A stretch of DNA of 35,426 nucleotides from Octopus bimaculoides. Its lineage: Eukaryota. The DNA lies in NCBI RefSeq assembly GCF_001194135.2, contig NC_068992.1, forward strand, positions 56,669,732-56,705,157, given 5' to 3'. A program made the position numbers and the translations under genes. Shown piece by piece: positions 1 to 11,941 of the stretch; the stretch's first letter is position 1, and every line of letters starts with the position of its first letter. The notes under the pieces were generated by a model. It saw only the letters and a list, made by a program, of their open reading frames with translations, had not been told where the DNA came from and did not search any database.

Positions 1-24
1 TATATATACATAATACATATACAT

Positions 25-183
25 ATGACGGGGTTTCAGTTTCCGTCTACCAAATCCATTCACAAGACTTTGGTCGGCCCGAGGCTATAGTAGGAGACAA
101 TTGCCAATGGTCCAGGCAGGGGGACTGAACCTGGAGCAATATGGTTGGAAAGCAAGCTTCTTACAACACACACGTCCACGCCT
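25..183 (-). mobile_element. tRNA-derived SINE, family A
   Basis: Reverse complement reads AGGCGTGG..GTAAGAAGCTTGCTTTCCAACCAT..GGTTCAGTCCC (A/B-box-like) then TACTATAGCCTCGGGCCGACCAAAG..GGTAGACGGAAACTGAA. Homologous to six other copies in the window. Confidence 0.85.
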
Positions 184-669
184 ATATATATTTATATATG
201 ACTATACACAAACGCATATGCAGTTATATACATATTCATATATCATATAAAACAACAGACTTACTGTATATACAATTTATTGACATCATTTTACGCGTAT
301 TTCATTAGCAATAAATTTACGTCAGTCACAAAGAAAATCATGAAGCCGCCGATTGTACTGTCAAATCTTGTCAGATTTAGTAACTCTCATGACACTTAGC
401 AATGCAATCTGCTTATACATTTTTCTTTATATATGTAAATTTTTAATTCATTTTAAAAAAAAATGTGAATATGATTATGTAATTAAATAAAATATCAATA
501 AGCTGTCGTATTTTGTTTATCTTTCTATATATTTTCTGGAGGTTCCAACCAAATGATACTCGTTAGTGTTACTGTTCGCATAGTCAAGAATAAAGATTAT
601 AAAGTTCTAAATACTGTTTCTGTATTGAGTAATACTTATTGAAATCGTACGACGTAATTATATCGCTTA

Positions 670-860
670 TCTTTTATTTGTTTTAGTAATTAGACTGCAG
701 CCATGTTGGGGCTCCAGAATTTTAATCGAATGAATCGATCCCAGTATATTTTTTAAAGCTTGGTACTTAGCCTATCGGTCTATTTTGCGAAATCACTAGG
801 TTACGAGGACGCCAAGACATCAGCACCGGTTGCGAAGCGGTATTGGAGAACAATCACAAG
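670..860 (-). mobile_element. Interspersed repeat family B (SINE-like), diverged copy
   Basis: TCTTTTATTTGTTTTAGTAATTAGACTGCAGCCATG..CTATCGGTCT..GGTTACGAGGACG is the reverse complement of 22411-22618. Orientation is defined by the A-rich AATAAAAG end. Confidence 0.75.
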
Positions 861-886
861 CACGCAAACACATAGACACACATAAA

Positions 887-930
<44 letters not shown>

Positions 931-1124
931 CAAATTAAAACATAGGGTAAAAAATCATATATTAATTAATATCGATTTCTTACCAGGAAGGTAGCACATT
1001 TAAAGAATCAGAGAGATTCAGAAAAAATATCTGAGATCTTAAGGGATTAAAGTATATTTTTATATATAACGTTGACCACTAAAGTGGACATTTAATGTGC
1101 TAGAAATAGACCACATGTTGTATC

Positions 1125-1266
1125 TACTAAGACCTAATAGTTCTCAAAACGAAATTCAGCGAAATACCAAAACGTATGCGGGCAAGACAGTGAAAATTAC
1201 AGAAATAAAACATTATTACCCACGAATTTCGCTGAATTTCGTTTTGAGAACTATTAGGTCTTAGTA
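1125..1266. repeat. Perfect 41-bp inverted repeat with 60-bp spacer
   Basis: 1125-1165 TACTAAGACCTAATAGTTCTCAAAACGAAATTCAGCGAAAT is the exact reverse complement of 1226-1266. Confidence 0.97.
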
Positions 1267-1284
1267 TACACATATACATATAGA

Positions 1285-1490
1285 TAGTAACCCCTCGCCA
1301 TATCGCGGTTCACCTATAGCGTTTCACCTATCGTGGTTTATTATTTAAGCTTATGTCGATCCCTCTGCGGTGTTGTTTTGCATTTATAATAAAATGAATA
1401 TATACAAATTTTAACAATAATAGCAAAACATATGCAGTACAGTACTGTTTCTACTTCACGGATTTTCTCCTATTGCGCTGTTTTAATATA
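1285..1490. mobile_element. pogo/Tigger-like MITE fragment (one end)
   Basis: Starts TAGTAACCCCTCGCCATATCGCGGTTCACCTATAGCG, resembling CAGTA..CCCTCG..ATATCGCG TIRs. An internal echo ACTTCACGGATTTTCTCCTATTGCG lies near 1453-1477. The second TIR was not found. Confidence 0.5.
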
Positions 1491-1789
1491 AAGCTGAAAA
1501 AGAAATATAGGTGCCGAGTAGCATCTATGTTGCTCGAAATTAGAATTAAAATCCCTTAGAGCGCTGCAACAAAGCATTTTTTATATACTGACAGGGAAGA
1601 CAACCAATTGACAGCGAAACCAGATCATTACAGTAGTGACTACTCCATTCCTGGATGGTTAAGCTAAATCCTACTTGTCAGTATATAGTATTTAGCGTAT
1701 GAATTTATAGCTGATTCAGCAAAATGGTAATATGAAAATTATACAATAATGAAAGCAGCTATATGCAATATAAAACCAAACAGCTATAT

Positions 1790-1816
1790 CCACACACACA
1801 CACACACGCACACACA

Positions 1817-1858
<42 letters not shown>
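1790..1858. repeat. (CA)n microsatellite
   Basis: Direct sequence. Confidence 0.97.
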
Positions 1859-1859
<1 letters not shown>

Positions 1860-2779
1860 TCACATCAGAATTGTGCAATACAAGCAACCATATAATGAAA
1901 ACATAATTAATACCACATAAGAAGCCAACCCTTATAAAGCAGCTTTATAATTGGTGGCATTTAGGGATTCTTGTAATCAGTAATAATGTAACGAAGACTA
2001 TAGCATCAAATATGTGCTTCTTTATACCAGGCAGTTGGCTATGTTTGAGGGAGATTTAGTTGTTGTTTCTAATAGGTCGAATAATTTTGTAAATGACGTT
2101 GCCGTCATGAACATTCCATTTTTGTCTCAGATACGACATTTTTAGGACAACGTTGTCTAATTCTTTCTGTATATATTTTTTCAAAAGGACAAAATGGCAT
2201 TTGGGAAGAAATTTGATGTGTTATTTCTCGCAAGTTGTCCATTGAAGTTGTAGCTATAAATATGTATTGCAAGCAGTTTCATTTCTACCATATATGTTTA
2301 ACAGAACCACTCTGTTTTTATAATATGTTCCCATTTCCTCTTGCACAAAAATGTAGTAGAAACATGTGATAAACGAATATATACTGATGTAGACATTTAC
2401 ACCTCATACAGTTCACACCAGAGTATGATGGTACTGCCTTATGATTGATATTAAAGTAAAAACGGATGGAGTTTAGGTTTAGCGTCCTAATATTGATAAT
2501 ATCTATAGCAATGCGTTTGTTTAAAATTGTATATGCAGACGAAGTTAGAATAATGCATAATCAAATATTTCTGTGATGGCCGTTTATCTCTTTTCCAAGA
2601 TAAAATCTTTGATTTAGCTCATGTTAACTAGTTTATTGATGAGATCAATTGGTCCTCCAAGAGAATAGTACTATACGCTATCAATAGTCTACTATATTTA
2701 TTATCTTAAACAACATAATGTTCTGCCTTTTGTGCTTTGATTGCTACCATAGCTCGAAACTCCAGGTCATATATGAGCG

Positions 2780-2925
2780 TATAATCGATTATATCACCTT
2801 CAATAATTCATTCTTTTTTATTTCATCAGTAGATGAAAGAGAAGGGGACGCGAGTTGGAGTTTAAGCTCAGAACGCAAGGTTACGAAACTCTGAACATAA
2901 ATCATTTAGTTATCTCTGTGCTCTT
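2780..2925 (-). mobile_element. SINE family E, highly diverged copy
   Basis: ATCGATTATATCA..GATGAAAGAGAAGGGGACGCGAG..TTTAAGCTCAGAACG resembles the reverse complement of family E. Confidence 0.45.
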
Positions 2926-2964
2926 GCTAATGTAGCGCCTACAGTTACAGTTAAGACTATGTAG

Positions 2965-3152
2965 GTTAACGCAGCTGGGTTGTAGGTTTGTTAGTACGTC
3001 GGAAAAATGATTAGGGGAATGCGTTCCGGTTCCTTACATCTGGAGTTCAGATTCTGTAGAGGTCAATTTGCCTTTCATCCTTTCGAAGCCGTTAAATGAC
3101 TGACTCTCCTCTCAAAATTGCTGGCCTTGTGCTCAATTTAGAGAGATTATCT
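2965..3152 (+). mobile_element. SINE family E, diverged copy
   Basis: GTTAGTACGTCGGAAAAATG..GAGTTCAGATTCTGTAGAGGTCAATTTGCCTTTCATCCTTTCG..AAAATTGCTGGCCTTGTGC aligns to 18105-18322. Confidence 0.75.
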
Positions 3153-3416
3153 ATGTTGGTAGAAAGAGTTTTCAGTGCGTAGGAAGTTACATACTGGCCA
3201 ATAAAAAACTTATTGTGCGCTTGGTTTCAAGAGGATTATAAATCCTTTACGTCATTTGTACCCCAGGAATACGTAGGTGCACCGTATTTGCATCTCTTTT
3301 CTCTTTCAACGTTTGCCTTAAAAAAGAAAGACAACACAGACTTCTGTGTGGCTAAGAACTTCGATTTGCACCCAAGTAGTCTCGGGTTCAACCTTACACA
3401 TACCTGCATGCATATA

Positions 3417-3772
3417 CAGGGGTTGGACAAAATAAAAGTTCAAACAAATTTATTTTGATATGGAGTAGGACCACCTTTGGCAGTAATTACAGCTTTAATT
3501 CTACGAGGTATGGACTCGTACAAAGTTTAAATTGTTTCCAAAGGAATTTTTGTCCATTCTTCAGCTGAAACAGTCTCCAGTTCTTGTAGTGATGATGGTG
3601 GAAGATAACGACTCCTTACTTGTTTTTCTAAAATGCACCATAAATGTTCAATAATATTGACATCAAGGGACTGTTGTGGCCAGGTAATACGTTCAACTTC
3701 GCTACAATGTTCCTCGTGCCATTCAGTAACAAATTTAGCTGTGTGAATTGGTGCATTATTATCCCGAAAAAT
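3417..3772 (-). mobile_element. Tc1-like transposon right end (C-terminal transposase fragment plus TIR)
   Basis: Minus strand reads FRDNNAPIHTAKFVTEW..WPQQSLDVNIIEHLW..EEWTKIPLETI*TLYESIPRRIKAVITAKGGPTPY, matching the Tc1 QDNAP and WPxQSPDLNxIE motifs. It ends in TA-CAGGGGTTGGACAAAATAA (TA 3415-3416, TIR from 3417). Confidence 0.92.
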
Positions 3773-3778
3773 TATATA

Positions 3779-3837
<59 letters not shown>

Positions 3838-3840
3838 ATG
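3773..3840. repeat. (TA)n(TG)n compound microsatellite
   Basis: Direct sequence; separates the Tc1 fragment from a family B repeat. Confidence 0.97.
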
Positions 3841-3854
3841 TCTTGTCCTTGTGC

Positions 3855-4030
3855 TTGTGTTTGTCTCCCACTCCAGTGCTTGACGGCCGATGTTGTTTTG
3901 TTACTCTTCTCGTAATTTAGTGTTTTAGCGTTTCGTACAAACGGACCTATAGAATAAATACCAAACTTAAGAAATAACTACTTGTAATCGAAGATGGTGC
4001 CCTATGCCAAATGTCAGAAACGAATAAAAG
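3855..4030 (+). mobile_element. Interspersed repeat family B, diverged copy
   Basis: TGTTTGTCTCCC..CCGATGTTG..ATAGAATAAATACCA..ATGGTGCCC..GAAACGAATAAAAG, directly after (TA)n(TG)n. Confidence 0.75.
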
Positions 4031-4174
4031 AAAACATTTAAAAATGTGTTCCAATTAATTTTGATGATAATGCATTCTTTAGTAAAAGAATTTTGATATC
4101 ATTAAGCTGGCGTTGGGAACATAAATGAACATGAAATTTTGATGAAGCGAGATCATATCAAATCAAGTAGTTTG

Positions 4175-4206
4175 TATCATAGATATATCATAGATATATC
4201 ATAGAT
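4175..4206. repeat. 11-bp minisatellite, about 3 copies
   Basis: TATCATAGATA repeated at 4175, 4186 and 4197. Confidence 0.9.
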
Positions 4207-6405
4207 GCCAGAACGTTCTCAGGCAATTTGATATCAAAAGTGTTAAATGATGTGTTTTTTAAATAGTATGTATGAAGCAGATTAGTAATCTTTTATTTTT
4301 GAATATATATTTAAGTTGCAAAGAGTTTCATTTAATACATTGCATATAAAAGGAGAATAAAACGTTTACGTGATATAGTATTTAAAATTTATTCTCGGCA
4401 TTAACTACTAGTAGTATTCCCTGTTGGAATTTCGGCATTGCCAAGAAAACATTACTGACAATAACATTCCATTATGCCGCCAGAAAGGTGCCATTAACTG
4501 TATCATTAACATATTTCTGTCTAACCACATTGCCTTTGTTACAAATATTTTTGAAAATAATGAATACTCTAATAAAATATTATTGCCATTTCTAAAGTAG
4601 CGTTTGAAATATTAACCGACATGAAATGTTAATAGATATTAATGTAGATAATTTTAAACAGAAAATTTGTATTATAGAACTAGGGATGGTCTCCGGGAGT
4701 TGGGAATCAAAAAGGTTAACGCATATATGTTACATGAGATTAACACCCACCAAAAGAAAAAGAAAATGTTTACCGTATGGTTAAAATTTATAACTTAGAA
4801 ATATATCAAGTTTTGCGCATGAGTAGTACGGAGGATTATTCAAAGCATAACAAAACATAAAACAAAAACTAAACAAATAACACATTAAACTCAAATTTTC
4901 ACAAATTTAAATATTCGTTGCATTCACTGCGGAGTAGATTTAATAAATAATATTAATTTGTTGCAGGTGAAATTTTCCGTTTTCATTTGCAACAGTCTCT
5001 CGACTCTATTTTATTTTCATTAATGATAATTTAATATATATTCATTTCAATGTTTTCGAAACCCACAGTTTGTTCTAATTACGTAACGTAAAAAAATATT
5101 TCTTGGATGAATAAATGTTATTAGATACCATAGCTGTATAACTTTGGGGCTTCTATGATATAGTATGCCGATATAATTAAAAAAAAACAAATTGAGAAGT
5201 GATTTGGCTGTTATGACTGTTTGGAACGCTATAAGCATTAGAATAATAACTATATTTCTAGCACGCTAAACGTGGTAGGGTTACATTAAGGTTTCTTTAA
5301 TTTACAGATATATTACAACTACGATAAATTACAGAAAATAAATATTTACTAAGCAAGTGAGATTTTTATAAATTGAAGTTTTCAGGAAAAATTACTTTCT
5401 GAACTTTCTTTTATTGAATATTTTAAGTTCACAAATTTAATTATTCGGTACGAGATACTTTTCAACGAGGTTTTATTTATATGATCTTTTCAGTCCATGT
5501 TTATTTCATTAATTGCTCGCAATGTTCTCTCTCCTCCTCCTCACACACACACACACACACACACACACGCAACTCTCTCTTATTATAACACACACATTGC
5601 CTTTGTAATATAAAAACAGCTGAGCGGGTGGTCTATCTGCTGGTATATATAAATACATAACTAAATACAAATATACGCACACGAACGTACACATGCACAA
5701 ACACACACACACATTCACATTCCTATTATCTAAATGCGTTTCTTCGAAGCTCTGTAGATGAGGTTAGTATCTTATGTTTTATTGAATGAAACTTTCATTT
5801 GCGAAACGACAGTAAGTATGATTACAAAATGTTGAAGTATAGATGGGTTTCTTCATCCGCAAATAAAAAAAAAACAAGAAATAAATCCCAAGGAAAAATA
5901 ATGATGGCCGCTGAAATTTAGATATTACGTAGTAAAAATTTCACAAACGGAAGAATCAATTTCATTTTGTTGCTTACCAAACATCTCTAACATTTCGAGT
6001 TGACGGATTTTTGGTTGAAGAGATGTTGAGTGTTTACTCGACCAATAGTACTCAGTTAAGTTATTGGATGTAGGGGAAAATGTTAATGAAGTTCAAATAG
6101 AATTTAAGATGCATAACAAAACAAATAAATTCTTTATCAGAATCCGACCGTGGCTTTCCAAAAATGGAGAGAAATTGGAAGTTTATATCAGGAGAAGTAG
6201 AAATAATCATTGAAAAGAAAAACATATAGAATCCTGAAATTGATGAAAGAAAAGTATTAATCGCTACTGATATTGTTGCAAACACAGCTCTTGTATTTCA
6301 AGTACTGTAGTGTTGTTAGCAAGTGTAGGGAATTAAATACATTTCGGGATGATACGTTAAACGATGATGAATTAGAACGTATGTCAGAGTTGTATATTGT
6401 TTATA

Positions 6406-6749
6406 TGTTGTTGGCACTCCGTCGCTTACGACGTCGAGGGTTCCAGTTGATCCGATCAACGGAACAGCCTGCTCGTGAAATTAACGTGGAAGTGGCTGAG
6501 CACTCCACACACACGTGTACCCCTACCGTAGTTCTCGGGGATATTCAGCGTGACACAGTGTGACAAGGCTGACCCTTTGAATTACAGGCACAACAGAAAC
6601 AGGAAGAAAGAGTGAGAGAAAGTTGTGGTGAAAGAGTACAGCAGGGTTCGCCACCATCCCCTGCCGGAGCCTCGTGGAGCTTTAGGTGTTTTCGCTCAAT
6701 AAACACTCACAACGTCCGGTGTGGGAATCGAAGCCGCGATCCTATGACC
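6406..6749 (-). mobile_element. tRNA-derived SINE, family F (5' end runs into N gap)
   Basis: Reverse complement reads GGTCATAGGATCGCGGCTTCGATTCCC (B-box-like)..ATTGAGCGAAAACACCTAAAGCTCCACGAGG..TCTTCCTGTTTCT, then a long GC-richer body ending GACGGAGTGCCAACAACA. Confidence 0.85.
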
Positions 6750-7080
6750 NNNNNNNNNNNNNNNNNNNNNNNNNNNNNNNNNNNNNNNNNNNNNNNNNNN
6801 NNNNNNNNNNNNNNNNNNNNNNNNNNNNNNNNNNNNNNNNNNNNNNNNNNNNNNNNNNNNAACAATTAGAATTGTTTCACTCCAAAGAAGTTAAAGAAAG
6901 ATAGCATCATAACTCGGTGAAGGAGATAGTCATTTATTTATACCAGCGGGAGAGGAAGAACCTCGCAGAAATGTAATCTCTTTTCTCTGACTTTTCTGAT
7001 GAACGATAAATATTTGACGAAAATCATTCAACAACAAATGTCAAAAGTACAACTATAATGACGTGTATTATCGCATGTCA

Positions 7081-7152
7081 TGTTTACCTCAGCAAAAGTT
7101 TGAACATAGTTTATCATGCTTACCTTAGCAAAAGTGTGAACACATCCTATCA
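7081..7152. repeat. Two-copy 36-bp tandem duplication
   Basis: TGTTTACCTCAGCAAAAGTTTGAACATAGTTTATCA / TGCTTACCTTAGCAAAAGTGTGAACACATCCTATCA. Confidence 0.85.
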
Positions 7153-9417
7153 TTCCAAGATCTCAATTCCTTCGGCAAAACTGAAATATCTTAAGTTATA
7201 TCCGCACATTCAGATATTTGTTTACGTCAGCACATTCGTCTTTCCACTGCTAATACTTCAGCAATTAATGATGAGGCTGCACCCACACTGATAATTCACA
7301 ATAGACTCAAGCAAGCCAGAACATTAATCGTAAGTCTGTTAAACAATTAGCAACTACAAGTGGTCAGGGACTATTATTTGTGTTCTGTGCTTCGCGTAAT
7401 TCATCTAGAGCGAACAAGGTTATGGCTTACAAATGGGAACAAAACCTGTCGCAGATTACACTCGTCTGTTTCAACAAAATATACACTTGAGCGTGTGTGT
7501 AAGAACATATGTATGTATATATGGCAGGATAGATGGATGGATGAATGTATGGATGTATGTATATATACACGTATGAATGCGTGAATGTGTATGTATATAT
7601 GCGTATGTATGTCTCCATATGTGTATATACATATATATANNNNNNNNNNNNNNNNNNNNNNNNNNNNNNNNNNNNNNNNNNNNNNNNNNNNNNNNNNNNN
7701 NNNNNNNNNNNNNNNNNNNNNNNNNNNNNNNNNNNNNNNNNNNNNNNNNNNNNNNNNNNNNNNNNNNNNNNNNNNNTATATATATATATATATATGCTTG
7801 TGTGGGTGCCTGCCGGCGCGTGCGCGTGTGTATGTGTGTGCGCGTATGTACGCATGTATGTGTGTTTGTGTATTTGTGCGTCCGTGCGCACGTATGTGTG
7901 GATGTACGCATGTATGAATGTATGTAAATGTCATTAGTATTCAAACATATAAATTACTCTCGAATTAATCTTCAAGAAAGTTATTGAATAACAATGATCC
8001 TCCATTTGTATTCTAAATTGTTTCAACGAGATTAATTACGTTCTATTACTGGTTCGCATCGTTCAAACGATGAAGATATTTTAACAATATATTTCTAACG
8101 CATTTTGTTTTTCAATGAGATACATTTGGCGATTGTACAAATTCTTGGCGAGACAACATGTCTGCATATTTTCCCAAGCATCAATGAACTGAGAAAAATT
8201 GATTAACCTCGGAAGAAAACAAGAGAAAATTACAATAGTTGCAAGATGTTTATTTGGTGAAGGATTTGTATAAAGAGGTGCCACAGCACTTGTATGTTAT
8301 CATGTTCAGGTGCAACGAAAGTGATCATCAATGGAATCTTATTTGCAGAAAGTTAATACTGTTACAAGCATTGGCTCCGATGTAAGACGTTCTGGCGAGA
8401 TTTCAATTTCTATCTTTGAATAGCCAGTAACGCTATTTTATTCTATAATGAAATCAATATGATGTTTTATTGCGTTGCTTATAAAACATCATATAAGCAT
8501 ATTTAACGATTGCATATGGTTTTTAAATCAATAATCTACTTGGTATGTTATAGTGATTAAATCTATATATAACATTGATATCATTTGTCTAGCAGCGTAA
8601 GTACTTACTGAAACTAAAGCGATATAAGCCATCAAATTAATCTTAATATATTATAGCATAAGTTACGACTCAATAATATAAACTGTACGTAGACAATTAG
8701 AAATCTCTTAGAATTCATAAGCACTTTTGAAACAGGAGACATATATTGAAAGGTGTAGTTCCTAGTACATTACAGCTGAAAAATAGATAGGGATGGTCAC
8801 GTTTAGAAAGATTTCAATCAGTTGCAGCGTCGTTGCTTTAACTTCGGGTTCTTAGTACTAACATTCAAATAAATCTCTCTCGAACCACATCAAATGACTT
8901 AAAACAGAACAGAATATATTAGATGAGGTATTCTTAGGCAGCATAAGGTAGAAAAAGAAATTAGTACACTACAAACAAAGAATCTTCAAACTGTTGTATA
9001 AGGGCTAAGACAGGGGTACACGGAAACATCGACAATGAAATTATGTGGTCGCACTCTCGAAAAAAATATCAAGATCTTGTTCACAAGAATACGCTGCAAA
9101 CGAGAGGCTATCTAAAACGTCAAGATATCAATTGGAATATTTTGAATTTATTTTTCTGACATCTTGCTTTTGTTGCTAGCAAAATAATGCCTGTTGCAAT
9201 AAGGGATATATCAAATAAGTGATTGAAGACAAATATAAATAGAGAAAAGCATAATTTGTTTTTACAAATATATTTATATACATATAGATGTATATAAATA
9301 TATATATTGATCAATGCATATATCCAGACATACCTTCATGGACATACTCATAGACATACATGCATATAAAATGTCAGTGTGAGTGAGTGTGTTTTGGACT
9401 TCCTCCCCCTCTCCTAA

Positions 9418-9726
9418 AGGGGAGCATGGCTCAGCAGTTAGAGCGTCGGGCTCACAATCGTGAGGTAGAATGTTCAACTCCCGTACAGGACAGGGCTGTG
9501 TGTTGTACTCTTGAGCAAGAAACTTCATTTTACGTTGCTCCAGTTCACGCAGCTGTAGAAATGAGCTGCGAAGTCACTGGTGTCAAGCTGTATCGGCCTT
9601 TGCCTTCCCCTTGTATAACATTGGTGGTATGAAGACGGGTGGCTGGTATGCATGGGTGACTGCTGGTCTTCCATAAACAACCCTTCTAGGATTTGTGTCT
9701 CGGAGGGTAACTTTTTTAGTGCAATC
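9418..9726 (+). mobile_element. tRNA-derived CORE-like SINE, family C
   Basis: tRNA-like head GGAGCATGGCTCAGCAGTTAGAGCGTCGGGCTCACAATCGTGAGGTAG..GTTCAACTCC. It is followed by CTCTTGAGCAAGAAACTTCATTTTACGTTGCTCCAGTTCACGCAGCTGTAGAAATGAG, similar to the CORE motif CCTTGGGCAAGTCACTT..CTCAGTTTCCTCATCTGTAAAATG. Confidence 0.85.
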
Positions 9727-9939
9727 ACACACACACACACACACACACACACAACATATATCTATTCTCCTCCCCCACTATGTTTCTTTCTTTTTTTCTT
9801 GGTTGTGGAGTGACATCTTCGATTCTCATAGAAACATGAACCCCAAGGATCCTTAAAATCATGAGTTTGGAATGAAATTTAACGGTAAGATTGTAAGCCA
9901 AATCAACATGCTTGCGTACTTCAAGCAGTTTCTTCATGA

Positions 9940-10140
9940 GGCCAGGGTCATCTCACGCCGAGACATCATCGTGCATAGAGCCGACCAGGTCCATCAGTGC
10001 TCCACATCTATGCCTGCTCCGTGCCAACTCTCTGCAACTTCCAAGATGACATCGCGCCTCTAGAGATTTTACTTATTCACATCTACACATCTGGGCCGAT
10101 GCCAGCGACGGCGCGTCTTCCAACCCACAGCTGCTGCATC
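9940..10140 (-). mobile_element. Probable RTE-like LINE 3' coding end
   Basis: GC-richer island whose minus strand gives ELARSRHRCGALMDLVGSMHDDVSA*, resembling the RTE terminal A.DR..WR.LV motif, preceded by an Arg-rich GWKTRRRWHRPR stretch. Confidence 0.4.
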
Positions 10141-10631
10141 GAATATATTCGAGTTGGGGAAAATTGATCAAATATTGAATATACGGTCGAAGATGAAATA
10201 TGTTCAATATGAAAGAAAATCAAAAATCGGTATATGTCTATTCTTTTTTATTTTCGGTAGCTTAAAAGAAAAAAACATATTCGGTCCTCCAACAATCAGA
10301 AATTATATATGTAAATTTTATATATACAAAGATATTTCTAGGCTCATTTTGAATTCTAGTTACGTAAGATTCTAAAGAAAAATAATGGATAGAATGTAAA
10401 TTATATTACACAGATCTTACGATATAAGAAAAATTTGTTTGTAATTCAAAGAAGAGAAGTTGGAAATGCGGTGATTGTTGTATAGAGGCACACACATACA
10501 CACACGCATACGCACACACTCATACACACACATACACACAAACGCACACACAGACAGAGTTAGATACAGGTGCATGCATATACATCCACGCATGTCTGTG
10601 TGTATGTATATATGTAAGTATACATAAGTGT

Positions 10632-10664
<33 letters not shown>

Positions 10665-11099
10665 TATGCATCTGCTTGCTCTTTCCACGGTGATAGTCTT
10701 TTTTATGCAAATTTAAACTATTTATATATATATATATATATATNNNNNNNNNNNNNNNNNNNNNNNNNNNNNNNNNNNNNNNNNNNNNNNNNNNNNNNNN
10801 NNNNNNNNNNNNNNNNNNNNNNNNNNNNNNNNNNNNNNNNNNNNNNNNNNNNNNNNNNNNNNNNNNNNNNNNNNNNNNNNNNNNNNNNNNNNNNNNNNNN
10901 NNNNNNNNNNNNNNNNNNNNNNNNNNNNNNNNNNNNNNNNNNNNNNNNNNNNNNNNNNNNNNNNNNNNNNNNNNNNNNNNNNNNNNNNNNNNNNNNNNNN
11001 NNNNNNNNNNNNNNNNNNNNNNNNNNNNNNNNNNNNNNNNNNNNNNNNNNNNNNNNNNNNNNNNNNNNNNNNNNNNNNNNNNNNNNNNNNNNNNNNNNN

Positions 11100-11130
<31 letters not shown>

Positions 11131-11684
11131 ATAGGTGTGTGTATACGCGCGCGCGTGTATTTGTTTACATACATAATGTAAGGGAATCTGTATAGAGGAG
11201 AGATGAAAATCGGGTAACGGAGATTTACCTAAGTAAAACGGTGTTACGTTAAAAAATATAACTGTTTTATATTTTAAACGAAATAACATAAAACATACGT
11301 AGGAGCTAAGTACTCTCTCAATAGATTGCAAATGGAAACCATGAAAATGATTGGAATCTATTCTTGTGCAAGCTGTGACATGGGTAAATCTATTATAGTC
11401 TTAGATATCCCACGAAAAGCAAAGCATTGTGTTGGTTCAAACTGCTCGAGAGCTATATGAATTTTAACAAATGTTTCTGGATTAGTGACATATTTAGATG
11501 TTAATACAATACATGGTTAGCACAATTGATGGAACGAATGTTAATGTAGCTCATCGTCGATATACGTGGTGATCCATTTCGGTGACATAATCCTGGCATC
11601 CATTCTAAAGGCTTTACATTTTAAAACTAAAATTGTATACGTGCTTCGTTGTTTATGGTTTGTTATAACATCATAATTTTGTCT

Positions 11685-11845
11685 CTTGCTTTTTCCTTGT
11701 GGCAATCAATGCATTGCGGTCATGGTAGAGCACCGCATAACAGGGTTTTAGTAAAATAAATCGACCGCAGTACTTTGTTTAAAAGTCTGATATCTATTCT
11801 TAGCCGAGCTGTTAAGTTGCGGGAAGTAAACAAACCAGCATCGAT
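11685..11845 (-). mobile_element. Interspersed repeat family B, diverged copy
   Basis: TGCGGTCATGGTAGAGCACCGC..AAATCGACC..AAGTTGCGGGAAGTAAACAAACCAGCATCG. Confidence 0.75.
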
Positions 11846-11941
11846 TATCTCTTTCTCTCCCACTCTCACTCTCTCTTCCGTTCTTTCTTTCTATATATAT
11901 CTTTATATGTGTGTTTGTGTATTTGTCAGTGTGTCTGTGTG

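Noticed and set aside
930-1120. Possible Penelope GIY-YIG or 3' region fragment
   Set aside because: Looks repeat-like but gives no clear motif in any frame; left unclassified.
5978-6285. Hydrophobic 74-aa minus-strand ORF with a strong acceptor (6234) and donor (5977) nearby
   Set aside because: All three frames between the splice-like sites contain stops and no homology is recognised. The hydrophobicity follows from T-rich composition.
6273-6904. ORFs of 72-96 aa over GC-richer sequence
   Set aside because: They lie largely within the family F SINE; the higher GC simply lowers stop frequency.
7124-7335. Minus-strand exon-like interval with good branch, acceptor and AG/GTAAGC donor
   Set aside because: Stops in all three frames; it could only be non-coding and there is no evidence for that.
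9418-9495. tRNA-like sequences at SINE heads (also 11942, 35260, 18105)
   Set aside because: A/B-box-like heads continue into SINE bodies with no complete cloverleaf, so they are not tRNA genes.
10139-10152. Short palindromes (TCGAATATATTCGA; ACTACTAGTAGT near 4405)
   Set aside because: 12-14 bp palindromes are expected by chance in AT-rich DNA of this length.
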